From the NCBI GenBank assembly GCA_965140585.1, contig OZ223270.1, positions 416,001 to 480,000 on the forward strand: a DNA stretch of 64,000 nucleotides, written 5' to 3'. Origin of the DNA: Spirochaetia bacterium. Its GTDB lineage: Bacteria; Spirochaetota; Spirochaetia; UBA9216. Made by a program: the position numbers and the translations under genes. Positions 41,345 to 50,240 of this stretch are shown here, one piece after another; position 1 is the stretch's first letter; each line of letters opens with the position of its first letter. A model generated the notes under the pieces. That model was not told the DNA's origin. It saw only the letters and a list, made by a program, of their open reading frames with translations, and searched no databases.

Positions 41345-42478
41345 TTATTCTTGTGTATTAATGTCTAAAATATTTTGAATGATTTTATATGCCCTTGAAC
41401 TGCTTTTTCCATCTCCATAAATATTTTTCATGGTCTGAATATTATCACCAAACTCTGAAGAAATAGCAGCCCTAATTGCTTCAAGAATATCACTTTTGCT
41501 ACAACTTGTATGTAGGACATTTTTCCCACAGGTTCTTCCAGACTGTCGGCGTCCAACATTTACAACAGGAATAGGAACAGACGCAGCCTCCAGAATACCA
41601 GATGAGGAATTACCAATTATTACCTTTGCGTTCTTATATAACGAAATAAATTCACTACGACTGAGATTTTTATAAATATAAAAATCAGGATGATCATTGA
41701 GTTTTGTAATTGTTGAAATAACTCGTTCATTACCAGGATCGACATTAGGATAACTTATAAAAACTTTCAATCTGCTTTCTTTAAGAGCATCAACCAGGTT
41801 ATCAATCTGGGCTTCAATCGAATACTCAGATTCCTCATACGGATGAAATATTACAACACAATAATCGCGAAACACCAGATCTGTGTTTAAGGAAATAGAA
41901 AGAGAATCAAGATTCATTTTTTTATTATTGATAAATCTATCCAGAGCCGGATTACCAATTACAAATATATTATTTGATTCAATTCCAAAACTTATTAAGC
42001 GAGTTTTATGTTCATTTAGGGTTACCATGTGATATTTAGAAAGCATAGATGTAGCATGTCTGATCTTATTATCAACAAATCCATTGAAAGATTGATCTCC
42101 CCCAAAAAAATGAACGACTGGAATATCAAGATAAACCCCAATTAATGCACCGACTATAACATCTTCTCTATCTCCTGTTACAAAAATAAGATTAGGAGAG
42201 TAGTTTTTTATAATATCAATGGAATTTTGAAGTAAAATACTTGCTGATTTTATTCTACTTTGTGGCGAATCGGAATTAATTAAAGTTTCAAGTTTTAAAA
42301 GAATTCTAAATCCATCATCCTCAATCTCACGAACGGAATTACCATAAGCTTTCGAGAGATGTGCTCCAGCTACCAACAATCTAAGCTCTATGTTCTTATC
42401 AGCATCTAAAAGTCGAAACAGATTAGACAACAAGTCATAATCTGATCTAATTGATGTAAAAGCTAATATTTTTTTCAT
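41345..42478 (-). CDS. neuC: Hydrolysing NDP-sugar 2-epimerase (NeuC/LegG)
   Basis: RSDY, GAHLS, GDRE, RHA, GNSSSG, YGDG. Confidence 0.9.
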   Translation of the reverse strand: MKKILAFTSIRSDYDLLSNLFRLLDADKNIELRLLVAGAHLSKAYGNSVREIEDDGFRILLKLETLINSDSPQSRIKSASILLQNSIDIIKNYSPNLIFVTGDREDVIVGALIGVYLDIPVVHFFGGDQSFNGFVDNKIRHATSMLSKYHMVTLNEHKTRLISFGIESNNIFVIGNPALDRFINNKKMNLDSLSISLNTDLVFRDYCVVIFHPYEESEYSIEAQIDNLVDALKESRLKVFISYPNVDPGNERVISTITKLNDHPDFYIYKNLSRSEFISLYKNAKVIIGNSSSGILEAASVPIPVVNVGRRQSGRTCGKNVLHTSCSKSDILEAIRAAISSEFGDNIQTMKNIYGDGKSSSRAYKIIQNILDINTQE

Positions 42479-42481
42479 AGT

Positions 42482-43417
42482 TCAATATACATCTGAATCA
42501 GCGAAGCGATAATGCCAATTCTTGATTAAGAATAAATCACCGGGAAGTTCTTTAAAAGGAATAACTCCAAAATAAGTACAGAACTCCTGTTCTAAGAATC
42601 CCAATTTCTCGAGAAGAAGATGTTCTTCAGAAAATAGGTTCGACCATATATTTATACTTTCGTATCCATCATTAAATACGGAGGTGCAAATTGATGTCCA
42701 TAAATGAAGCTGATCTTCAAGTCTTTCACTAAAAAAAACTTCCATAATATCAATCGATGATTGATATTCCTTATAGACAAGATTTGCAATAATTTTTTCT
42801 TTACTGGAAATCTGTAAAACCCTATAATCTTTTGGCTGCTCAATGAAACGCCATTTTATATACTCAAGGCTTCGATTCAACAGAATCCTATTATCAGAGA
42901 CCCATAGAGTATCAGTAAAATCTATATCCAACAATTCTTTATCAATCACTTTATAAACTTTCGATTCTTTTTTAAAACGAATTCTATCTAAACGAAAATT
43001 ATTTAGAATTGACAAATCCTCCCAACCCATATGTTTTCTAAATCCAAAATGTGAATTATGATTTGCATAACCATATACACCTAAAAAACCATCATGCCGT
43101 AGTTCCTGAAAAAGTTTTTCAGAAAGCATCTTAAAAAGACCTCTTCCTTGGTAATCTGGGTGAGTCATTGTCATATTAGAGTGAGCAATTAATTTTGGAC
43201 TTCCATCAATATGGATAAGCCCAGGAGATACCGCATAATATCCTGCCAGGACATCACTTTCAACACAATACGCTATATATACTTTATCAGTTACGGGGTT
43301 ATTTAAAAATCTCCATTTCCAATATGCTTCATCCAGATCCTGCTTGAAACTTGCTTGGAAAGTTTTTTGTATCATATGAAATGGAATGGTTTTCTCATTA
43401 AATAATTGTATTTCCAT
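42482..43417 (-). CDS. GNAT family N-acyltransferase
   Basis: WKWRFLNNP, TMTHPDYQGRGLF, YGYANHNS. Confidence 0.85.
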   Translation of the reverse strand: MEIQLFNEKTIPFHMIQKTFQASFKQDLDEAYWKWRFLNNPVTDKVYIAYCVESDVLAGYYAVSPGLIHIDGSPKLIAHSNMTMTHPDYQGRGLFKMLSEKLFQELRHDGFLGVYGYANHNSHFGFRKHMGWEDLSILNNFRLDRIRFKKESKVYKVIDKELLDIDFTDTLWVSDNRILLNRSLEYIKWRFIEQPKDYRVLQISSKEKIIANLVYKEYQSSIDIMEVFFSERLEDQLHLWTSICTSVFNDGYESINIWSNLFSEEHLLLEKLGFLEQEFCTYFGVIPFKELPGDLFLIKNWHYRFADSDVY

Positions 43418-43425
43418 ATTACTCC

Positions 43426-44259
43426 CTAATAGAAATAGAATCCCTGTTTGGTCTTCCTTCCCAAGAATCCATCCTCAACCATCTTAATTAATGTCTGATG
43501 AGGCATAAATCTTCTATCTTGCGTCTCCGAATACAGCTCCTGAAGAATCTGAAGTGTTATATCATTTCCAATATAGTCACTTAATTCAAGCGGACCCATC
43601 GGAACATTCGTACCTAATTTCATTGCTTCGTCGATATCCTGTGCATTGATCTTTGAAGTATAAAAAAACTCTATCGCAAAGTTAATATAGTTAAATAAGA
43701 GATTATTTACGATATATCCCTGAATAGGCGGGAGCTCAATTACCTTTTTATCATCAAAAGAGGATAAAAATTTATAAATCCTTTGCTTTACATCATTTAC
43801 GTTTTCTTTCAAAAAAGACAACTCAATTAATTTCATTTTTGTTGGGGGATTAAAGAAGTGAATACCTAAGAATCTGTCACGTGAAAAAAATCCACCTAAT
43901 TTTTCTAATGACAGACTTGAAGTTGTTGATGCAAGAATGGCATTCTCTTTTAATACAGATTTTAATTGGATATAAATTTTCTGTTTTGTTTCATACCTTT
44001 CTTTGGTTGATTCAATTACTAAATCAACTTCATGTAAATCATTTAAATTGGTAGTGAAGTCGACTCTCTTAATAATTTGCTCAAACACTTCAAAGGATAT
44101 TCTATTATATTTTACCTTCTTCTCAATATTCTCAATAAATTCTGACTGCTTTTTCTCAATATTTCTGAAATTATATGCTATGACATGTATTTTCTTCTCA
44201 GCCAAATATTCAACTAATTTAATGCCGATTGTTCCCAACCCAACTACACCAATTAACAT
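43426..44259 (-). CDS. 3-hydroxyacyl(butyryl)-CoA dehydrogenase
   Basis: GLGTIG, VIES, TSSL, GIHFFNPP, PMGPLEL.D.IG, LGRKTKQGFY. Confidence 0.9.
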   Translation of the reverse strand: MLIGVVGLGTIGIKLVEYLAEKKIHVIAYNFRNIEKKQSEFIENIEKKVKYNRISFEVFEQIIKRVDFTTNLNDLHEVDLVIESTKERYETKQKIYIQLKSVLKENAILASTTSSLSLEKLGGFFSRDRFLGIHFFNPPTKMKLIELSFLKENVNDVKQRIYKFLSSFDDKKVIELPPIQGYIVNNLLFNYINFAIEFFYTSKINAQDIDEAMKLGTNVPMGPLELSDYIGNDITLQILQELYSETQDRRFMPHQTLIKMVEDGFLGRKTKQGFYFY

Positions 44260-44328
44260 ATTAAATCCTCCTGAACATAAATACTACTTACTCTATGATA
44301 AATGAGCCTTACAGAATTTTACGAAAAA

Positions 44329-45333
44329 TTATAAATTGATCATCTCATCCTTAGTAAAATCTCTATTTGCAACTCGTCCTAATACCTTAGCCCAAAGCAT
44401 TGGAGAAAGTCCTGTACCAGGTCTTTTAGTTGTAATATTATTTTCAGAAAAAACATCTCCTTTTTTTATATCACATATAGCTGTAATGCTTTTTCTTGCA
44501 ACTAAGGCATTTCTTTTCTCAGCTTCAGTACACTTTTTTATTTGAGATCCCATTCCTTTTTCAATGTTTCTTATTGCATTAACCATTATTTTTAATTCAT
44601 CAGGATTTAAACTTGCTTTATGATCTGGTCCACTCAATGTGTTATCAATCGTTATATGCTTTTCAATTACTTCAGCACCTAAAGCAACAGCAGCTATTGG
44701 AAATTCTATACCCAACGTATGATCTGAATATCCAACTTGCAGTGCAAAAGCCTGTTTTAAAGTCTTCAAGACATTAAGATTTACATCCGCAGGCTGTGTT
44801 GGATATTCTGTATTACAATGCATAATGATAATTTTATTTCTATCTGTACCGTATGAAGTTAAAACATCAATCGCATGTTCAATTTCTGATAAAGTAGACA
44901 TTCCTGTCGACATTATAATTTTTTCATTATATTGAGCTATTTTCCTTAAATATGGAAAGTTTGTTATTTCTCCTGATGGAATTTTCCAGAATGGTAGATT
45001 AAGTCCTTTTAGAAATTCAACTGAATCAAGGTCAAAAGCCGATGAACAAAATTGTATTCTATGATTATTACAATAATCAATTAACTCGAAATGCTGTTCT
45101 TGTGACAGAACCAACTTTTTTAACATATTTAGTTGTGTATCATTTTTTCCTGTATTCTTTTTTTGATAATCAGCCATTTTTGCAGATGAAGATGTTAATA
45201 GCTCAGGAACAAAAGTTTGAAATTTAATAAAATCGACACCCGCTTCTTCTGCTGCACATATTAATTCCTTTGCAAGTCCTATTTCACCATTATGATTAAC
45301 ACCTGCTTCAGCAATAATCAAAGTTTTTTTCAT
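44329..45333 (-). CDS. neuB: Nonulosonate synthase (NeuB/LegI)
   Basis: IIAEAGVNHNG, KFQ, KIPSGE, GYSDHT, IEKH, GPDH, SAF domain (KRPGTG). Confidence 0.93.
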   Translation of the reverse strand: MKKTLIIAEAGVNHNGEIGLAKELICAAEEAGVDFIKFQTFVPELLTSSSAKMADYQKKNTGKNDTQLNMLKKLVLSQEQHFELIDYCNNHRIQFCSSAFDLDSVEFLKGLNLPFWKIPSGEITNFPYLRKIAQYNEKIIMSTGMSTLSEIEHAIDVLTSYGTDRNKIIIMHCNTEYPTQPADVNLNVLKTLKQAFALQVGYSDHTLGIEFPIAAVALGAEVIEKHITIDNTLSGPDHKASLNPDELKIMVNAIRNIEKGMGSQIKKCTEAEKRNALVARKSITAICDIKKGDVFSENNITTKRPGTGLSPMLWAKVLGRVANRDFTKDEMINL

Positions 45334-45968
45334 TATTTAATTTTCCTTGCCGGATTACCCAAATAAACTCCGGGGGTTTTTATTGTTTTCGTCACAACGG
45401 CACCCATGCCTATCAATGTATTATCCGGAATCCTAATTCCATTTCTTAAAATAGCCCCCGTACCAATCATACAATTATTCCCAATAGAACAATCACCATT
45501 TATAACAGCACCTGTAGAAATATGACAAAAATTACCAATTTTCACATCATGTTCAAGAAGAGCATTGCTATTTATTATACAATTCTTCCCAACTGATACT
45601 TCTGCATTAATTATAGCTCCAGAAAGAACAACTGACCCAACGCCTATCTTTGAATGTTTACTAACAACAGAAGAACTGGAGTGTATAACCGGAAGATCTG
45701 CATTTAAATAAATTAGTTTCTCGAATAGGCTAGAGCGAATAATATTATCAGCCTTAATTTGACCTATTGTAATAAAAAAGGAGAATCCCTTTCTAACGTA
45801 ATCTTTAATCTCGTTATCTGTTCCTATAATATTATAACCGAGAATATTGTTACCAATTTTTTCAGGAACATCTAAAATACCAATTATTTTAAATAGATCC
45901 GTACCTTCAATTACCTCTATACAAGACTTACAGTGTCCCCCACCGCCGATTAATATTAAATTTTTCAT
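45333..45968 (-). CDS. NeuD/PglD-type acetyltransferase
   Basis: IGGGGH, hexapeptide repeats, EHD, GNPAR. Confidence 0.88.
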   Translation of the reverse strand: MKNLILIGGGGHCKSCIEVIEGTDLFKIIGILDVPEKIGNNILGYNIIGTDNEIKDYVRKGFSFFITIGQIKADNIIRSSLFEKLIYLNADLPVIHSSSSVVSKHSKIGVGSVVLSGAIINAEVSVGKNCIINSNALLEHDVKIGNFCHISTGAVINGDCSIGNNCMIGTGAILRNGIRIPDNTLIGMGAVVTKTIKTPGVYLGNPARKIK

Positions 45969-47107
45969 ATGCATGAACTTGGAATATTAACAAGGCAATC
46001 TTCCAGAATTTTTGAATTTATACTATCATTTAAAGGTTTTGTCTTATATATATCTAACTCATTCATTAAAGTCCAAACTGGTCTGGTCATTACGCCATTT
46101 GAATTAGAATATTCAAGAAAAGCCTCTCTTTCTTCTTTTGTTTTAAACTTGATTGCATTAAGCCAGTAATTCGATTTAGTACCTTCACGTTCTGTTATAA
46201 AATCTATTCTTTCAGAGTCAAAAAAAGTTTTATATTTTAGAGCAATTTCTCTTTTCGTTTTAATCATTTCAGGAAGACACTCTACCTGTGCACACCCAAG
46301 CGCCGCATTAATATTCGGCATTCTATAATTAAACCCTATCATATCATGCCGAAATTCCCAACGATGAGGAATCTTTGCTGTTGTAGTAATATGTTTTGCC
46401 AGATGTCCAAACGACTCATCATTAGTAATTATCATCCCACCGCCACCGGTAGTAATAGTTTTATTTCCATTGAAACTAAGAATTCCACACCTTCCAAATA
46501 ATCCTGTATGAATTTCCCCTGAATAACTTCCGATTGATTCCGCTGCATCTTCAACTAAAGAAAGTCCCCATTCGTCACAGATCTCTTTTATCTCCTCAAT
46601 CCTTACAGGATGTCCGAATGTATGCATTGGAACACATGCTGAAACTATTCTGCCAGTTTTTTGATTAACAATATCGGAATTTTCTTTTTTACAGTTATCT
46701 TCTAGGAATTTTCTCAAAGAATATGGCGACATACCCATTGTATCTATATCGACATCGACAAAAACCGGAGATGCTCCACAGTATGAAATAGCATTACAAG
46801 TAGCAATAAAGGTCAATGGCTGTGTAATAACTTCATTTCCAGGTTTAACTCCAACAAGATGAAGTGCTGCATGCAAAGCTGATGTACCATTTACAACTGC
46901 AACCGCCTTTTTGGCACCTGTAAATTTCTGAACATCCATTTCAAATTGATCTACAAATTTTCCAACAGATGAAACAAATGTAGAATCAATGCATTCATTT
47001 AAATACCGCTTCTCATTTCCATTAAAAACAGGAACATGAAGAGGGATATATTCTTCGGTATTATAAATTTCTCTAATAAAATTTATAATTTTTTTGAAAT
47101 CAACCAT
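45965..47107 (-). CDS. legC: LegC-family PLP aminotransferase
   Basis: PLHVP, FVSSVG, EDAAESIG, SFNGNKTITTGGGG, NYRMPN. Confidence 0.88.
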   Translation of the reverse strand: MVDFKKIINFIREIYNTEEYIPLHVPVFNGNEKRYLNECIDSTFVSSVGKFVDQFEMDVQKFTGAKKAVAVVNGTSALHAALHLVGVKPGNEVITQPLTFIATCNAISYCGASPVFVDVDIDTMGMSPYSLRKFLEDNCKKENSDIVNQKTGRIVSACVPMHTFGHPVRIEEIKEICDEWGLSLVEDAAESIGSYSGEIHTGLFGRCGILSFNGNKTITTGGGGMIITNDESFGHLAKHITTTAKIPHRWEFRHDMIGFNYRMPNINAALGCAQVECLPEMIKTKREIALKYKTFFDSERIDFITEREGTKSNYWLNAIKFKTKEEREAFLEYSNSNGVMTRPVWTLMNELDIYKTKPLNDSINSKILEDCLVNIPSSCI

Positions 47108-47115
47108 TTATATAC

Positions 47116-48303
47116 CTACATCTTATTATCAAGATTTTTTCCGGTTTCATTATGCCCAAAATTAGAGACTATTGAGGTAAATAGATCTATAAAATCTTTT
47201 TTATCCCAATTCTCGCTTACTCTTATTTTTTCAATCCCGGAAAGAAAATTTTCCAGTTCTTTTTGATTTTTTCTATTCGAATTTTTAACAATACCAAGAG
47301 TTTCAAATCTATTGAAATCAACAGACTCTTTATCAGTATAAAACTCTTCAAAATCCTTCTCGCCTGTTGTATCTGATGATGAAAAGAAACAGGGCCAGGT
47401 TCCATCATTCTTTTTTTCTAAAGCAATTTTTCTGGCTTCATCCTCTGTTTTACAGATTTCTGGAGTCAATCCCCTTGCCTGAAGGTATTTCTCTGCAATT
47501 GATGAAAATGTAACAAGATTCAAATCACTGCTTAGTTTTGGAAAAAAGATATCTCCATTATCACCTAAAATGGTGGACATAAGACAGAGCTGACCTGCTT
47601 CTTCAGGAATTACAAAATATCGTCTTACATCATTCGGAGCAGCGATTGGCTGATTCTTTAAAATCCTTTGACTAAAACCATGAAGTAAACTACCATCAGA
47701 AAAAGCCACATTTGCAAATCTGGCAGTGGATATCTTTATTCCTTTACTTTTTTCAATAAGAAACATTTCCATTATACGTTTCGAAGCACCCATCATATTA
47801 ACCGGGTTTGCAGCCTTGTCCGTTGATACACAAAAATATTTTTTTGCACCTTGTTTTATAGCAAGATCAATAGTTTTAATTGTATTAATAATATTGGTAT
47901 CTACCATTCGCATGAGGGTATAAGGATCTTTTTCACTGCGCACATGTTTTAATGCCGAAAGGTTCAAAACATAATCATATGGTCCTTCGATTTTAATCAT
48001 TTTTTCAAAGGCAACAGATCCACAATCAAGAGCAAAAGTTTTAAAATCACCAGAAATGTATCCAAATGAACTTCGAATATCACGAACAAGTTCAACGAGA
48101 TTATTTTCACTTATATCAACAACATGTAGAAGCTTAGGATTTCTTTTAAAAATTTCCTTTACAACAGCTTGTCCTATAGAACCTGCACCACCTATTACTA
48201 AAAACCTTGATTTTTTTACTTCATCAGTAAGAAATTCTTCATTAGAAATAACATCATTTTTTAATAAAGGTTTGGTTCGACCAATTATGTTTAAGATATC
48301 CAT
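47116..48303 (-). CDS. NDP-N-acetylglucosamine 4,6-dehydratase (LegB-like)
   Basis: GGAGSIG, SALKHVRSE, STDKA.NP.NMMGASK, RFANV, GEK. Confidence 0.88.
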   Translation of the reverse strand: MDILNIIGRTKPLLKNDVISNEEFLTDEVKKSRFLVIGGAGSIGQAVVKEIFKRNPKLLHVVDISENNLVELVRDIRSSFGYISGDFKTFALDCGSVAFEKMIKIEGPYDYVLNLSALKHVRSEKDPYTLMRMVDTNIINTIKTIDLAIKQGAKKYFCVSTDKAANPVNMMGASKRIMEMFLIEKSKGIKISTARFANVAFSDGSLLHGFSQRILKNQPIAAPNDVRRYFVIPEEAGQLCLMSTILGDNGDIFFPKLSSDLNLVTFSSIAEKYLQARGLTPEICKTEDEARKIALEKKNDGTWPCFFSSSDTTGEKDFEEFYTDKESVDFNRFETLGIVKNSNRKNQKELENFLSGIEKIRVSENWDKKDFIDLFTSIVSNFGHNETGKNLDNKM

Positions 48304-48334
48304 TTATTTACCTTATTTATTGTTTTTCCATTCT

Positions 48335-48841
48335 TTAAACAAAAACATCCTGCAGAAAAGTCACACCCTGCTTCTTCTCAGCATTATCTGGTATATAACT
48401 TTCCGCATATAGCCTGAATGTTTTTTCATTTATATCATGATCATTCCGGATTAATTTCAACCCGGATTTTATACATGCATACTCTACAATAAAATCAATA
48501 TCACTTGCTCCGACCAGAACTATACTTTCATACCCGGTTGCCTTTATACCACCTATAAGTGTCTCAATCTTATCCCGGTAGTCAGCAACGTTCTTAAGTG
48601 TCCGCTTGAAATACTTATAGCTGCGTCTGGTAATCTCTTCAACACCGGAGGGTGTAACAACATATCGGATATTCCTGTTATTAACCTTCTTGACCATCAG
48701 CCAGCCCTTCTGAACAAGACGTTTTAGGATAGCGTTAGTCATCCCGAGTGACAGCTCTGATGTTCTGGCAAGCTCACGCTGGCTTAGTGGAGTTGAGGTG
48801 TTATGAATACTGTTTAAAATTTCTATTTCTTTTTCGTTCAA
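48335..48841 (-). CDS. MarR-type winged-helix regulator (EPS-associated), first gene of the locus
   Basis: SQRELA...LSLGMTNAILKRLVQKG...YVVTPSG; TTG start. Confidence 0.85.
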   Translation of the reverse strand: MNEKEIEILNSIHNTSTPLSQRELARTSELSLGMTNAILKRLVQKGWLMVKKVNNRNIRYVVTPSGVEEITRRSYKYFKRTLKNVADYRDKIETLIGGIKATGYESIVLVGASDIDFIVEYACIKSGLKLIRNDHDINEKTFRLYAESYIPDNAEKKQGVTFLQDVFV

Positions 48842-48852
48842 GGTATTATTCT

Positions 48853-49000
48853 AAACCTAAATACTTCAGCATTTAGGTTTTACCATAAGTATAAAGAAGT
48901 AATTTTAAAAAAATTACTTCAAACTAAAAATGACTACTAATCGAGTAGTCATTTTTAGTCAGGCACAATGAGTCCTTCCATTTTTGATTATAAAATGGAA
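48853..49000. repeat. Four tandem inverted repeats in the 5' leader
   Basis: Perfect arms 48853-62/48871-80 (10 bp), 48896-906/48910-20 (11 bp), 48923-38/48944-59 (16 bp), 48976-84/48992-49000 (9 bp). Confidence 0.85.
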
Positions 49001-49085
49001 AATATATATGGACCCAATTCTGTGCATTCGCCGCCGAAACAGACTGATATGAAATGAGAACTGGTATGTTTCTGTCATCGGTTAG

Positions 49086-49102
49086 TGTTCGATGTATGAA
49101 CA
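49086..49102. promoter_or_regulatory. Palindromic operator candidate 1, TGTTC-N7-GAACA
   Basis: tgttcgatgtatgaaca, directly downstream of the -10 on the minus strand. Confidence 0.6.
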
Positions 49103-49130
49103 ATTATACCGCAATACAGGTCGATTTCAA
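49103..49130 (-). promoter_or_regulatory. Sigma70-type promoter TTGAAA-N16-TATAAT for the polysaccharide locus
   Basis: Minus strand -35 at 49130-49125 and -10 at 49108-49103. Confidence 0.6.
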
Positions 49131-49179
49131 TAGAATTCGGATTAATATTCGGCTGAATTTACACATATCAATAAGAAAT

Positions 49180-49196
49180 TGTTCGAATGCTGAACA
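49180..49196. promoter_or_regulatory. Palindromic operator candidate 2, TGTTC-N7-GAACA
   Basis: tgttcgaatgctgaaca, 94 bp from copy 1. Confidence 0.55.
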
Positions 49197-49210
49197 TAAA
49201 TTTAGGAGTT

Positions 49211-49509
49211 TTATTCAGAATAAAAGATTTGTCCAATTCGATCGATATGATCAATTAGATCTTTATTATCAATATGCTCCATTACTGAAATATCTATCTT
49301 ATAAGGAAGCATCAAGTTCTCCAGCTCTTCATCAATTTGAAAGAGAATATCAGTAGAAAGTCCATTTCCAATTAAAGTAAGATCTATATCTGAGACGGTA
49401 TGAAACGTACCCTTGGATCTGGAGCCATAGATTAAAACTTTTTTTACTTGCGAGAATTATTAAAAAAACTCTGGATTTGAAGAATAGTATCTTCTTTTAA
49501 GCCAAACAT
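49211..49509 (-). pseudogene. Frameshifted MNT nucleotidyltransferase (HI0073-like)
   Basis: MFGLKEDTILQIQSFFN, one missing base near 49457-49459, then FSQVKKVLIYGSRSKGTFHTVSDIDLTL...LMLPYKIDI...LIDHIDRIGQIFYSE*. Confidence 0.85.
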
Positions 49510-49516
49510 TTTTAGA

Positions 49517-49940
49517 TTATTTTTCCTGCTCTGCTAATAAGCGCATCTTCTTCAACAACTTTTCAAATTCATCATAAAAATTCTGAACCACAACTTCAAT
49601 AATGTCTTCAGCGTTTTTTTTCATTATATGTATGCAAACTTTGATTCCTGCTTTGAATCATCTTCATCCAGGACTCACCATCCTCGATAAGACCATAGCT
49701 GAAGGCCTCTCTTACCGCATCTTTAGAACCAAAAATCTGTTTATTACCTCGATAATTAAAAAAATCTTTTATTGTATTCCATGCCAGTTCGTGAGTAAAT
49801 TCAAAAGACTGAATAAGACCCTGTTTTTCAAGATCACTTAATTCTCTTATTTGAGATAATTTTACCGCATTTTCGAGCTGTTTAAGAGCTTTAATATAAC
49901 TGTCCAGACTCTGAATCCAGCGGATATCTTTATTATCCAT
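49517..49940 (-). pseudogene. HI0074-type HEPN / nucleotidyltransferase substrate-binding protein, frameshifted at a T8 run
   Basis: MDNKDIRW...QGLIQSFEFTHELAW...RNQSLHTYNE; deleting one base of T8 (49614-49621) restores KNAEDIIEVVVQNFYDEFEKLLKKMRLLAEQEK*. Confidence 0.85.
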
Positions 49941-49947
49941 TGATTTT

Positions 49948-50188
49948 AATATTATAAAACAAACCTTTTCCATTCAAGCTGACAACCCTGAAAATTCAGC
50001 AGATACCCCACTTTGCAGCCGGCGATGTGCAAATAATTGATTAACGCTGATTCGCGAACTTGCCTTGTCCTTGAAAATAAGAAAACGGATAGTAAAATGA
50101 AAAATCTGCAGGAGGAGTATACTAACTATTTCCCTAATCTCTGCCTGCCATTACCCTATACAAATCAGTGTTTTCAGTGGCAAATACC
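49948..50188. repeat. Copy 1 of GxxExxY 3' end + leader repeat (internally deleted)
   Basis: 49948-50045 matches 50971-51068 (7 mismatches in 98 bp); 50043-50188 matches ~51316-51463. Confidence 0.9.
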
Positions 50189-50240
50189 ATTCTGACAATA
50201 CTTCACAAAAGAATCTGTTATTATATAAATTCCGTTTTGA

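Noticed and set aside
48853-49000. Hairpin cluster as a CRISPR array or tRNA
   Set aside because: The four stems are unrelated in sequence, there is no repeat-spacer period, no cloverleaf and no cas genes
49025-49040. ops/JUMPstart-like GGCGGCG on the minus strand
   Set aside because: Only a partial match to GGCGGTAG and no NusG paralogue in the window
49054-49356. 100-aa plus-strand ORF
   Set aside because: Overlaps the promoter/operators and lies antisense to the frameshifted MNT; no recognisable motif
49941-49973. ORF-track N-terminal extensions MEKVCF... (and MNGKGLF... at 50965-51000)
   Set aside because: They are alternative frames of the GxxExxY repeat; real starts are at 49940 and 50964
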